The notes beneath the pieces were generated by a model. It ran no database searches, was not told where the DNA came from, and worked only from the letters and a program-made list of their open reading frames with translations. From NCBI GenBank assembly GCA_963827235.1, contig CAWHAE010000017.1, positions 189,287 to 253,286 of the forward strand: DNA of 64,000 nt, in the 5' to 3' direction. Origin of the DNA: an uncultured bacterium (GTDB taxonomy: Bacteria > Chloroflexota > UBA5177 > JANWHV01). This document shows positions 48,291 through 59,098 of this stretch, in pieces. Each line of letters starts with the position of its first letter. The first letter of the stretch is position 1. The position numbers were made by a program, and so were the translations under genes.

Positions 48291-49172
48291 GTGGTTGGGC
48301 AACGCGGGTGGCGCCAGCTCCCCATGCTGGCGGTGTTTCTGGGTCCGAGTCTTGCCGGACTGGTGCTGTTTGTCCTTGGTCCGGTCATCGCCTCACTGGG
48401 CGTGAGCTTCACCGACTGGAACCTCCTGACGGCGCCGCACGTGATCGGCCTGTCGAACTACCGCGAGGCCCTGCAGAGTGCCGATATTCATCAAGCACTC
48501 GAGCACACACTAATCTTTATTGCCATCTATCTGCCCACCGTACTCATACTCGGCCTCGGCCTGGCCCTGCTCGTGAACCAGCCACTGCGCGGCCTGGCCT
48601 TTTTCCGCGCGGCCTACTTCACGCCGGTAGTCTGCTCCTGGGTGGCAGTGTCACTCATGTGGCGCTGGCTGCTCAATCCGGCCTTTGGTGTCGTCAACTA
48701 CGTGCTCAGCCTCATCCACCTGCCGCAGCCGGGCTGGTGGGCCGATCCATTCTGGGCGCTCCCCTCGGTGATCGTGGCCAGCGTCTGGAAGGACCTGGGC
48801 TTTGTCATGGTGCTGCTCCTGGCCGGTCTGCAGAACATCGCTCCACAGTACTACGAGGCTGCCATGCTCGACGGTGCCGGCCATTTCGGCCGCTTCCGGC
48901 ATGTCACGTTGCCCCTGCTCTCGCCGGCCACCTTCTTTGTCGTCGTCATCTCGCTGATCAACTCGTTCCAGGTCTTCGACCAGGTCTGGATGATGACGAA
49001 CGGCGGTCCCGGCGGTGCCAGCAGCGTGATGGTCGAGCAGATCGTGCGCAACGCCTTCGATTATCAGCGCATGGGCTACGCCTCGGCCCTCTCCTGGATT
49101 CTCTTCGCGTTCATCTTCGCCATCACCGTGTTTCAGATGATCGTTCAGCGCAAATGGGTGGTGTATGAGTAG
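48291..49172 (+). CDS. Carbohydrate ABC transporter permease (CUT1)
   Basis: EAA loop YYEAAMLDGA, LLAGLQNI, SFQVFDQV, MGYASA. Start is approximate. Confidence 0.92.
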   Translation: MVGQRGWRQLPMLAVFLGPSLAGLVLFVLGPVIASLGVSFTDWNLLTAPHVIGLSNYREALQSADIHQALEHTLIFIAIYLPTVLILGLGLALLVNQPLRGLAFFRAAYFTPVVCSWVAVSLMWRWLLNPAFGVVNYVLSLIHLPQPGWWADPFWALPSVIVASVWKDLGFVMVLLLAGLQNIAPQYYEAAMLDGAGHFGRFRHVTLPLLSPATFFVVVISLINSFQVFDQVWMMTNGGPGGASSVMVEQIVRNAFDYQRMGYASALSWILFAFIFAITVFQMIVQRKWVVYE

Positions 49173-50091
49173 CCGATTCCGGATCCCGGCGGGCCGGTCC
49201 GCCGAGTCCAGTGCCATCCAGCGCGGGCAGCGCACGCGGGCTGGTGCCGCACGACTGCGGGGCATACACGCTCTTCGGGCAGCCGGCCGGGCTCTGGTGT
49301 ACGCACTGCTCTTCGTGCTGGCGGTCACCATGCTCTTTCCCTTCTTCTGGACGCTCAGCGCGTCGTTGAAGGACAACAACGCGGTGCTGGCTACCCCGCC
49401 GCAGCTCTGGCCCTCTACGTTGCACTGGGACAACTACACTGCCGTGGGCCAGACGCTTGACGTCGGCCGTCTGCTGCTCAACAGCATGGTCGTCGCCTTC
49501 ACCGCGACCGCTCTGCAGCTCGTCACATGTTCCATGGCAGCCTACGCCTTCGCCCGCATGCATTTCATTGGTCGTCAATCGCTGTTTCTCGTCTACCTCG
49601 CCACGATCATGATCCCGGCGCAGGTGACCATCATGCCGCTGTTCATGCTCGCACGCTTGCTGCACATGACGAACACCTACGCGGGCTTGATCCTTCCCAG
49701 CATCACCAGTGCGTTTGGGGTATTCCTGCTGCGCCAGTTCTTCCTGACGCTGCCGCGAGAACTGGAGGAGGCAGCGTTCCTGGACGGTGCATCTCATTGG
49801 ACGATCTACTGGCGCATTTCTCTGCCGCTTGCTCGCTCCAGTCTTGCAGCGCTGGCCATCTTCGCCTTCATGGGCTCGTGGAACAGCTTCCTGTGGCCGT
49901 TGCTGATCATCGACGATCCCAATCTGATGACCCTGCCGCTGGGCATCTCGACCTTGCAGGGCCAGTACAGCACCGCCTGGAACCAGATCATGGCCGGCAG
50001 CGTGATCTCCATCGTGCCCATCTTGGTCGTCTACCTGGTGGCTCAGCGGCAGTTCGTCCGTGGTATTGCGCTGTCCGGCCTCAAGGCGTAG
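49165..50091 (+). CDS. Carbohydrate ABC transporter permease (CUT1)
   Basis: LPRELEEAAFLDGA, WNSFLWPL, QRQFVRGI. Confidence 0.93.
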   Translation: MSSRFRIPAGRSAESSAIQRGQRTRAGAARLRGIHALRAAGRALVYALLFVLAVTMLFPFFWTLSASLKDNNAVLATPPQLWPSTLHWDNYTAVGQTLDVGRLLLNSMVVAFTATALQLVTCSMAAYAFARMHFIGRQSLFLVYLATIMIPAQVTIMPLFMLARLLHMTNTYAGLILPSITSAFGVFLLRQFFLTLPRELEEAAFLDGASHWTIYWRISLPLARSSLAALAIFAFMGSWNSFLWPLLIIDDPNLMTLPLGISTLQGQYSTAWNQIMAGSVISIVPILVVYLVAQRQFVRGIALSGLKA

Positions 50092-50216
50092 TCAGCTCCT
50101 CGCGTGCCGGCACAGCGCACTAGCGAAAGGGATAAACATGTTGCAATCCGTTTGGTAGCGCGTGCGCGTCATTGTTGTACCAACTACTATCAGCGTTCAG
50201 AGGAGCCTTGCACACC

Positions 50217-51455
50217 ATGAAGAAGCGGATCATCTCCGTACTCGCCGCTGCCGGGCTAGCCCTTTGCCCGGCCTTGACCACGCACGTCTCACACGCGACG
50301 CCGACTACCACGGTCACGTTCATGAACTTCACCTCCACGCCGACCAATGTGAAGGATCTCGACAAGATCGTTACCGGCTTCGAAGCGGCAAACCCCGCCA
50401 TCCAGATCAAGGTGATCACCGTTGCCTACGCGCAGTACTTTACCAAGCTGCAGGCCGCGGTGGCCGGCGGCAGTGCGCCGGACACCTTCGAGCTGGACTA
50501 TCAGGACTTTCTCACCTATGCATCACAGGGCACGCTACTCGGTCTGAACAAGGTCGCACCGGCCAGCGACTACAGCGGCGTCTACTACCCCCGCGCGCTG
50601 GCCGCGTTCAAGACCGGCGGCGTGCAGTACGGGCTGCCGGAGAGCTTTTCCGACGTCCTGCTCTTCTACAACAAGGACCTCTTCGACAAGGCGCACCTAG
50701 CCTATCCAACCGCCTCCTGGACCTGGAAGGACGAGCTGGCAGCAGCCAAGAAACTGACCGGCAACGGCGTCTACGGCGACTACGAGCCGGTGCAGTTCTT
50801 CGAATTCTATAAGGTCTTGGCACAGGCCGGCGGCCAGTTCTTCAGCAAAGACGGCAAGTCCGTCGCCTTCAACAGCCCGGCCGGACTCACTGCAATCCAC
50901 TGGCTGGTCGACAAGGCCAACGTCTACCATGTGATGCCCACCACCGCCGGGATGGGCGGCCTCTCGGACGGCGACATGTTCAAGGCGGGCAAGCTGGCCA
51001 TGGATCGGACCGGCATCTGGATGTTTGGTGACTTTGCCAAGTCGAACGTGCACTGGGACGTCGTGCTTGAGCCCGGTGACACGCAGAAGGCGCACCACTA
51101 CTTCGCCAACGCGGTGGTCATGTCGGCGCACACGCAGAACGCCTCGGCCGCCTACAAGTGGCTCAAGTACCTGACGAGCAGCGCCACGGCGGCCAGCACG
51201 AGGATCGCGGCCTCTTGGGAACTGCCCGCAGTGACCAATCCCGCGCTCGTGCAGAGCTATCTGAAGGAGACACCGCCGACCAACCGTAAGGCCGTGTTTG
51301 ACGCGCTGAACACGCTCGTGCTGCCGCCAACCATCGCCAAGGAGAACCAGATGCAGGATGCGATCACAAATGACCTGCAAAAGGTGCAAGACGGCACACT
51401 GACCGCGCAGTCGGCGCTCAGCGACATGGCAACCAAGGTGAACGCCCTCCTCTGA
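50217..51455 (+). CDS. Sugar ABC transporter substrate-binding protein
   Basis: AGGAG SD; signal peptide; YFTKLQ...APDTFELDY, GLPESFSDVLLFYNKDLFD, QFFEFYKV. Confidence 0.92.
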   Translation: MKKRIISVLAAAGLALCPALTTHVSHATPTTTVTFMNFTSTPTNVKDLDKIVTGFEAANPAIQIKVITVAYAQYFTKLQAAVAGGSAPDTFELDYQDFLTYASQGTLLGLNKVAPASDYSGVYYPRALAAFKTGGVQYGLPESFSDVLLFYNKDLFDKAHLAYPTASWTWKDELAAAKKLTGNGVYGDYEPVQFFEFYKVLAQAGGQFFSKDGKSVAFNSPAGLTAIHWLVDKANVYHVMPTTAGMGGLSDGDMFKAGKLAMDRTGIWMFGDFAKSNVHWDVVLEPGDTQKAHHYFANAVVMSAHTQNASAAYKWLKYLTSSATAASTRIAASWELPAVTNPALVQSYLKETPPTNRKAVFDALNTLVLPPTIAKENQMQDAITNDLQKVQDGTLTAQSALSDMATKVNALL

Positions 51456-51472
51456 TCGCGTAAGTATGCGAT

Positions 51473-51511
51473 GGGCGGGGCTTGCGCTGCAACGCCTCGT
51501 AAGCCCCGCCC
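51473..51511 (+). terminator. Intercistronic stem-loop after the binding-protein gene
   Basis: GGGCGGGGCTT...AAGCCCCGCCC with no U-tract; more likely an mRNA stabiliser or partial terminator. Confidence 0.6.
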
Positions 51512-51529
51512 GTGGTAAGGACAGTGCTG

Positions 51530-53947
51530 ATGCTGGAGATCCTGCACGAGCCTCTCGGAATTGAAGACCCCTATACCTCTCGTCCCACAGAACGTCTGCC
51601 GCGTGCGCCAGTGGCGCACGAGCGGGTCAGCCTTGGCCTGCTCACCCGTCCCGCCGGCCTCGCCGAGCAGGTGACGGTCGAGCTTGAAGCAACGGGCCGC
51701 GCGCCGCAAACGGTGCCGGCCGCGCGAGAGTCCCAGGTCGACGGCGCCGACCGCTGGATAGCGGACATAGGTGGTTTCGCCGCCGGGGACGAGGTCAGCT
51801 ATCGGGCGCGCGCCCGGAGCGGTGCTACCGAGCAGGCTTCGACACCCACGTACTCGTTCACGGTAGCCCAGTGGCACGTGCCGACTCGGATCGATTCCTG
51901 GGCAGCCCGGCGCGGCGCGCTTCTGCTCAGTCTCGCTTCTCCCGACTCGCGGGAGCCGGCGACCCTCGCACTGTGGTTTAGGGGGCACGACCAGCTCTGC
52001 ATGCGATTCTGGCCATGCGGCGGGGCACCGCAGTTCGACGTCGGGAGCGCCGAGCCACTTTCCGCACATGAAGACAATGGCGTGCTGGTAGCGCGTTCGG
52101 GCCACGCCACCATCGAGCTGCAGCTTGCCACGGGAGCGCTGCTCGTCTACCTGGAAGGCCACGTGGTCATGCGATTTGCCCCCGAGTCAGCTTTCGTCAC
52201 CTGGCTGGGGATGGGGCCTCTACCGCTTGCCGTCCGCCTTCACTTCGCGCTGCAGGACGATGAGGCGCTTTACGGCTCGGGCGAGCGCTACGATCAGCTG
52301 GACCGGCGCGGCACACGGTTTGATATGCGCGTGTACGAGCAGTACAAAGATCAGGGAGCCCGCACCTACCTGCCGGTGCCAGTGCTGCTCTCCTCGCGGG
52401 GCCACGCCATCGCCGTCGACGGTACTCGGACCATGCGGCTCGACGCGGGAGCAACGGATGCGAGGACGCTGGTCATTGAAGCCGACGTTGCGCGAGAATG
52501 CCACGCCAGTCTCTCCGCCCGGGTATTTCTCACGCAAACGCCCACAGCGGGCTTGCAGGCGTACTTGCGCGAAACCGGGCTGCCCGCGCTACCGCCGGAC
52601 TGGGCATTCGGCCTCTGGATGAGCGCAAACGACTGGAACAGCCAGTCGCGGGTGCTGGCCGAAGTCGCGCGAGGTAAGACGGCGGATATCCCCGGCGATG
52701 TGGTGGTGATCGAAGCCTGGGCCGACGAAGCCACATTCTACATCTGGAACGACGCGCAATATGCTCCACTGCCCGCTGACCGCTCGCCACGCCTGGGTGA
52801 TTTCCACTTCCCTGCGGATGGCCGCTGGCCGGATCCCAAAGCCATGGTGGACACCCTGCACGGCCAAGGGATACGACTCGTGCTCTGGCAGATTCCCCTG
52901 CACAAGCAGATGGAGACCCAGCATCCGCAGAACGAAGCAGACAGCGCCACGCTCATCCAGCAGGGCTGGTGCGCGCACCGTCCCGACGGCTCGCCGTACC
53001 GCAACCCCGGCTGGTGGTTTCCCGGTGCATTGCTGCCCGACTTCACCAATCCCGAGGCGACCGAATGGTGGCTCTCGCGCCGGCGCTACCTGGTGGAAGA
53101 ACTCGGCGTCGACGGCTTCAAGACGGACGGGGGCGAGCACATCTGGGGAAGCGACGTGGTGTTTGCAGACGGCCGCCACGGAGATGAGCTGATCAACGCC
53201 TTTCCCGTGCTCTACGCGGCGGCATATCATCGCTTGCTCGCCGAATGCGGTCGAACGGACGGGCTCACGTTCAGCCGTTCCGGTTTCGCGGGCAGCCAGC
53301 GCTATCCCGCTCACTGGGCAGGGGATGAAAACTCTACCTGGCCCGCCTTCCGACACTCGATATTGGCCGGCCTCAGCGCGGCGGCTTCAGGCATTCCGTT
53401 CTGGGGCTGGGACATAGCCGGCTTCAGCCAGGAGATCCCCACGGGAGAGCTCTATTGCCGAGCGTGGATGATGGCGACCTTCTGTCCGATCATGCAGTAC
53501 CACTCCGAGTACAACGGGAATGCGACGCCAAGCCGCGACCGTACGCCCTGGAACATCGCCGAGCGAACAGGCGATCCGCACGTGCTGCCCGTGTGCCGCG
53601 CGTACACGCGTATCAGGCGGCAGCTGCGCCCCTATATCGTCCGCGAGGCAACCCATACGGCGTCCACGGGCCTGCCGCTGATGTGCGCCATGCCCCTGGC
53701 CTTTCCGGCTGATATCACCTGCCGTGGCTTTCCGTACCAGTATCTGTTTGGCCGTGACCTGCTCGTGGCACCGACGGTCGAGCCAGGCGCGACGGTGCAA
53801 CAGGTGTATCTGCCCGCCGGGCGGTGGCGTGACCTCTGGACCGGTGAAACACGGTACGGCCCGGCGACGGTTGAGCGCCAGGTGCCGGCCGACGTCATCC
53901 CCGTCTACGTTCGAGATGGCGCCCAATCCCCCCTGGCCTCGAGCTGA
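51530..53947 (+). CDS. GH31 glycoside hydrolase, probable cycloalternan-degrading 1,3-alpha-isomaltosidase
   Basis: N-terminal HEPLGIEDPY...ERLPRAP; WMSANDWNSQ; VIEAWADE; DGFKTDGGEH nucleophile motif; HWAGDE; MQYHSE. No signal peptide. Confidence 0.85.
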   Translation: MLEILHEPLGIEDPYTSRPTERLPRAPVAHERVSLGLLTRPAGLAEQVTVELEATGRAPQTVPAARESQVDGADRWIADIGGFAAGDEVSYRARARSGATEQASTPTYSFTVAQWHVPTRIDSWAARRGALLLSLASPDSREPATLALWFRGHDQLCMRFWPCGGAPQFDVGSAEPLSAHEDNGVLVARSGHATIELQLATGALLVYLEGHVVMRFAPESAFVTWLGMGPLPLAVRLHFALQDDEALYGSGERYDQLDRRGTRFDMRVYEQYKDQGARTYLPVPVLLSSRGHAIAVDGTRTMRLDAGATDARTLVIEADVARECHASLSARVFLTQTPTAGLQAYLRETGLPALPPDWAFGLWMSANDWNSQSRVLAEVARGKTADIPGDVVVIEAWADEATFYIWNDAQYAPLPADRSPRLGDFHFPADGRWPDPKAMVDTLHGQGIRLVLWQIPLHKQMETQHPQNEADSATLIQQGWCAHRPDGSPYRNPGWWFPGALLPDFTNPEATEWWLSRRRYLVEELGVDGFKTDGGEHIWGSDVVFADGRHGDELINAFPVLYAAAYHRLLAECGRTDGLTFSRSGFAGSQRYPAHWAGDENSTWPAFRHSILAGLSAAASGIPFWGWDIAGFSQEIPTGELYCRAWMMATFCPIMQYHSEYNGNATPSRDRTPWNIAERTGDPHVLPVCRAYTRIRRQLRPYIVREATHTASTGLPLMCAMPLAFPADITCRGFPYQYLFGRDLLVAPTVEPGATVQQVYLPAGRWRDLWTGETRYGPATVERQVPADVIPVYVRDGAQSPLASS

Positions 53948-54199
53948 CAGTACGCCACAGCCACAGGGAAGCGGACTGCGCCTGCTAGGCTTCTTGCCGC
54001 ATGGGATACGAGGCGCAGGGCCACGACGTTCGTGACGTTCCCAAACTGCTTGTTCGGTGCATCTGACTTCGGCAGCGGGTAGTCTCGACTCCTGCCATTC
54101 GACGGTGTGCAACAGCGGCCGGAACCATGTGTTCCGAGCATCGTATCCCGGATTTCAGCAGGTGCAAGTTCTAGCCACGGCAACGCCGGAAGACGGCTG

Positions 54200-54787
54200 A
54201 ACCCCCGAGTTTTTTGGTGCTCTCCTCTACCGGGCTGCCGCGCTGGCCCAGGCAGCGGCAGCACCCCCGCCCCGTGCCGCGACCCAGACTCCCCACACGC
54301 CACCGGCCAGCCCCGCCGTGCCAACCACAGCGACGCCACCAGACGAGTCCCTCCCCTCGCCGACCGCACCCCAGTGCCGCAGCCGCATCCAGGCGGACGG
54401 CAAACCCTGGGGCAAAGGCAAAGGCTACTGGGGACGCGTGCCGGTTTGCCAGAAGCGCTTCGCGTGATCTTGCCTACAGGAGATCACATATCTCAGGTCC
54501 GCCCGGAAAACTTACCCTCGCCAACCGCTCCTCTCCACGGTTCCTTGCCTCCCTGCGGCAAAGCGTAGGCCCCCTGAGGCAGACGCAGCACCCGAGGGCA
54601 AGCCCTTCAGAGCGGAGCGTGGCTTGCGCCGGGTGCTAGGCTGGCCGATGGGGCCGGAGCGAGGCCAGGTGTGCGGCACAGGCCTTCTGAGGAGCGAAAG
54701 AGGAGCGCAGCCGCCAGCGACCGTCGCGGCAAACCGGGACGGTGCAAGTGGAGTGCGACTCGGTTTAAGTACCAGCGCTGGGCGCTG
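54200..54787 (-). ncRNA. Candidate IS110 non-coding end / bridge-RNA region
   Basis: No credible ORF downstream of the IS110 gene. Hairpin GTGATCT-N10-AGATCAC (54464-54487) sits beside a 7-mer (54490-54496) also present upstream of the transposase (55774-55780). Boundaries unknown. Confidence 0.3.
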
Positions 54788-55663
54788 CTAGCCTGTCTGT
54801 GTCACCGGATCGGGAAGCAAGGTCATGAGGGGTCGACCCCCAGCGGTCACGATCTCGGTCACCGTCAAGCCAAGTCGACGCACCTCGCGCTGTACGAACT
54901 GCCGCAAGGGCCGATGCCGTCCGGGGACCATCCCGGAACGCGAGAGCCAGAGATGGATGGCCCGCGCCATTGCCGCCGGCTCACCTGCACGGTCCATTTC
55001 GCGCCTGGTGGTCAGCGTGCTCTGCCGGCGCAGTTCGACCTCAGCTTCCTCGATCAGGGAGTTCAGCGTCGCCTGCAGCGCCAGATCCTGCCGGACGCGC
55101 AGCCGCTCACCTGCTGAGATGGGCAGCTGATCCCACCAGGCACGGTTCGCCTGGCTGAACACGTCACCCTCGGGCGGCACGATCTGGTGCCGCAGCAAGA
55201 CCGCCTGCAGCCGGTTCCCCGCCTGCACGCGCTGAGCTACCAGCTGGCGCCGGTGCATGGCCAGGCCGCGCAGTTCCCGTACGGCCATGGGCGGCACCCA
55301 TACCGCTGGGACCACCTGCGCCGCGAGCAAGCGTGCCAGAGTGATCGCGTCACGCGCGTCCGTCTTGACGCGCGCCTGACTGATCAGTTTGATCGCTGCG
55401 GCATTGGCCACCGTCACCGTCCCAACGTGGGGAGCCAGCAGATCATAGAGATGCCACGCGTTTGACGTGGCCTCGAGGACGACCGCATCCTGCGCGGTCA
55501 GGTGCCCGGTGACCCAGGCCGCAAAGTCCACGATCGCGACGCGACGCGGCTGCAGGACCACCGTTTGCCGCCTGTCGACCGCAACAACCACGAGATAGTG
55601 CTTGTGGACGTCGATGCCGACATAGCGCGACGGCTCCTCTGCCTGTGGACTTGCATCGGACAT
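54788..55663 (-). mobile_element. IS110-family transposase with an in-frame internal deletion
   Basis: AAAGGAG SD; DEDD residues in GIDVHK, LEATS and KTDARDA; coiled coil. The GIG...IGDI.RF...SG domain is missing at RRQST|LTTRR (about 55015). Confidence 0.88.
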
Positions 55664-56209
55664 CGTGCGCTCCTTTCTTCTCCCCAGGGGAGGACGCGTT
55701 GAGCCCACGGGCGCGCTGGTTTCGGGCAACACAGTGTTCCAGACACCGATACGAGCTTGGTGGCGGCGCCACCATCTCAGTTAAGGGGATCCGAACGGGT
55801 GACCAAACAACGAAACGGGCTCTAACGGCACCATATCACCCCTCGGCCAGCCCTGCACTGTGCACCCTCGCCAGCGCTCCCGTCAGCTCAACAGGGGCGA
55901 GGGTACCAAACGAACGCTGCACCCCGCCTCGCACCACATCCTAACAACGATTCCTGCAAATTGGGGCCAGTTGACCATATCGAAGGCCGAGGGTCACCGC
56001 CGGCTCGTTGAGAAGATCGGCTGGTGGGTTAGGTTCAGCGGCGGTAGGCTGAGAGGACGTAGGTATCCGTACACGCGCTGCTCTCTTCGAAGTTCCGCTA
56101 TGCTTACAGCTCGCAAACCCACCGAGGCGACCGCCAGTGCGGTTGATGTCTTCTGCGCCCAGTTCGACCAACACGGCCACCGCCGCTACTAACCAGGAGG
56201 CCAGCGACG

Positions 56210-56863
56210 ATGTCGTCCATCAAGGGAGAGCTCGTCACCGAGACGTTCGCGTACGATGGTGGTCGTCAAGTCACGGTCTATATCCCACCTGATCCGCCCG
56301 AGGCAGTCGTGTTCGCCGGTGACGGCCAGTTGATCGCGCCATGGGGCGGAGCCCTCGAGGCGGCCGACGCACCGCCCACGATGATCGTCGGTGCACACCG
56401 GCTGGACGATGAGACGCTGCGGCTCCATGAGTACTCACCGGCGTTTGACCCGGTGCGGTTCGCAGCACACGAGCAGTTCTTTGTCGAGGACCTGCGCCGA
56501 TGGGTGGGGTCGCGTTTCGCAGTGGCGCTGCCCACCGAGCGCACCGCGGTGTTCGGTGTCTCGGCGAGTGGCGAGCTCGCGCTCGCCCTTGGCCTTCGCC
56601 ATCCGGACGTCTACGGTGCAATCTTCTGCGCCTCGCCAGGCGGGGGATACCGCCCGCCAGCGGCTCTGCCGCGATCGGTGCCGCGCGCGTATCTGGTCGC
56701 CGGCACCCTGGAGCCGTTCTTCCTCAAGAACGCGACGCGCTGGGCGAGAGCGCTGCGCGATGCACATGCGGACGTCGTCATGACCCAGAGGGTCGGATCG
56801 CACGGCGACGCATTCTGGCGAGAAGAGTTTCCGCTTATGGTGGCGTGGGCGTTTGGACGATGA
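56210..56863 (+). CDS. Alpha/beta-hydrolase fold putative esterase
   Basis: AGGAGG SD; GVSASG nucleophile elbow; AGTLEP; GSHG. Confidence 0.85.
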   Translation: MSSIKGELVTETFAYDGGRQVTVYIPPDPPEAVVFAGDGQLIAPWGGALEAADAPPTMIVGAHRLDDETLRLHEYSPAFDPVRFAAHEQFFVEDLRRWVGSRFAVALPTERTAVFGVSASGELALALGLRHPDVYGAIFCASPGGGYRPPAALPRSVPRAYLVAGTLEPFFLKNATRWARALRDAHADVVMTQRVGSHGDAFWREEFPLMVAWAFGR

Positions 56864-57355
56864 CGCAGCGCCACGTTTAGCTGGCCAGAACCCGCGTATA
56901 TCCTGCAACCTATCCAGTCGACAAGTCGACAAGTCGGCAAGAGCGCGGCACTATCGTGGTTCGAGGTAGCCGGCCAGTGCCGAGGCCTCGCGATCTACGG
57001 CAGGATTATGCCCGGTAGTCGTCCTGTGTGAGCGAATGGCCGCAAGTCCAAGCTAATATAGCCACCCACTTTCCGTTCAGCACCGCGCGTGCGGGGCGCC
57101 TTCCCTCACCAGCTGCGGTCCGAGCTATCCAGCGTCCGCACGTCCGCTTGCGATCAGATGGTGGTAGGGCGATGGCCATGAGCTCGCCGGCAAGAAGCGC
57201 GTTCATCAGTCTGCTTGGGACTGGCCACATGAGACACGATGTTGCTGGCGAATTCGGACAAGAGCGAGTGACGTGGGAGAGGATGGCTCACTACGCAGTC
57301 GGCACATAGTATAGAGGGATGTCGCACGCCATCCTACAGCCCCCCGGAGCCTCCC

Positions 57356-59001
57356 ATGTCGCTACGACCTGCTGCTGACCAGCTGATCCCAGAGGATACC
57401 GTTCGCATTGCCCAGGCTGCCTTTCCGAAGGGGAGTGTGTACATGCGCATGCGCGATGCGCTGGGCCCCATCTACACCGACAGTGCGTTCGCGCCGCTCT
57501 TCCGCCCGCGGGGTCAGCCGGCCGAGTCGCCTGCCCGTTTGGCGCTGGTCACCGTCATGCAGTTTGCGGAAGGTCTCACCGATCGGCAGGCGGCGGATGC
57601 AGTCCGCAGTCGGATTGACTGGAAGTACGCGCTCGGGCTGGAGCTGGCCGATGGCGGCTTTGATGCCTCGATCTTGAGCGAGTTCCGCACGCGGCTGCTG
57701 ACCGGCGATCCAGCCGAGGTGCTCTTTGAGCGGATGCTGCAGGTGTTGCGTGCCAACGGCTTCCTGAAAGAGCGCAGTCGCGCGCGCACCGACTCCACCC
57801 ACGTTCTGGCGGCCATTCACACCCTCAGCCGTCTGGAGTGCGTAGGCGAGACGCTGCGACACGCCCTCGATGCGCTGGCAAGCGTGGCACCGGACTGGGT
57901 GCAGCAGTGGGTGCCAGACGCCTGGTACGGCCGCTACGGCCGGCGTTTCGACAACTATCGCCTACCTTCACCCAAGGCAGAGCGCGTTGCCTTGGCTGAG
58001 CAGATCGGCGCTGATGGGAGTGCCCTGCTGAGTGCGCTGCATGAGCCTACAGCACCGGACTGGCTGTGGCGTGTGCCCGCCGTGGAGACACTGCGCCGGG
58101 TGTGGCTGCAACAATTCGTTGTGCGCGAGGGGCAGCTGCGGTGGCGGACGTCAGAGGAGTTGCCGCCCAGTGCGCTGGTGATCGCTCGCCCTATGACGTG
58201 GACGCCCGCTACAGCCAGAAGCGGCAGACCACATGGACCGGGTATCGGGCGCACTTGACCGAGACCTGTGATCCGGACCTCCCGTCGCTGATCACGAACG
58301 TGGAGACCACGGACGCGACGGTCACCGACTACGAGATGACGCCGGTGATCCATCAGCACCTCGCCCAGCACGACCGACTACCTGGTGAGCATCTGGTGGA
58401 TAGCGGCTACATGACTGCCGGTCACCTGGTGAGCAGCAGGGAGCAGGGCATCGACCTGGTGGGGCCGGTGGCCGATGACCCAAGCTGGCAGGCGCAGGCC
58501 GGGGAAGGCTTTGCGAGCACGGCGTTCGTGATCGACTGGCAGGCCCAGCAAGCACGCTGTCCGCAGGGCCACCTCAGCCAGAATTGGCAAGTGAAGAACG
58601 AACAGCATGGTCCCGTGGTGCACTTCCGGTTTTCCCGGACGGCGTGTGCCGCCTGCCCAGTTCAGGTCAAATGCACGCGCGCGAAGACCACCCCGCGTGC
58701 GGTGACCGTGCACCTGCAACCGGCCTTTGAGGCGTTGCAGGCGGCACGGCAGCGCCAGAAGTCAGAGGAGTTCTGGCACCAGTACGCCCGCCGGGCCGGC
58801 GTGGAAGGGCTGATGGCGCAAAGCAACGCGCGCGCGGACCTGCGTCACGCCAGGTATATCGGGCTGGCCAAGACCCACCTGCAGCATCTGTGTACTGCCC
58901 TCGGGCTGTACATCCTGCGCTTGGGTGCATGGCTGGCGGAGGCCAAACCGCACACCACCCGCCCGTCACCCTTTGCGGCGCTAGCGCCATCCATTGTGTG
59001 A
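57356..59001 (+). CDS. IS1182-family DDE transposase (frameshift near 58185)
   Basis: DRQAADAVRSRIDWKYALGL, RTDSTH; second frame SPYDVDARY, LVDSGY, YARRAGVEG. Confidence 0.9.
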
Positions 59002-59098
59002 CGGGGCGAGTCGCACGAGATAGGCCAGGCTTGAGCACCGGGTGAGATCAGGTGTGCTCTCGTGGCGGCCGTAGGCAACGGGCGTTGCACCTGGCTGG

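Noticed and set aside
50135-50185. Possible LacI/cre- or GntR-like site before the binding-protein gene
   Set aside because: Poor palindrome and no second copy to support it.
56916-56941. AGTCGACA tandem repeat, about three copies
   Set aside because: Too short; probably slippage, with no associated feature.
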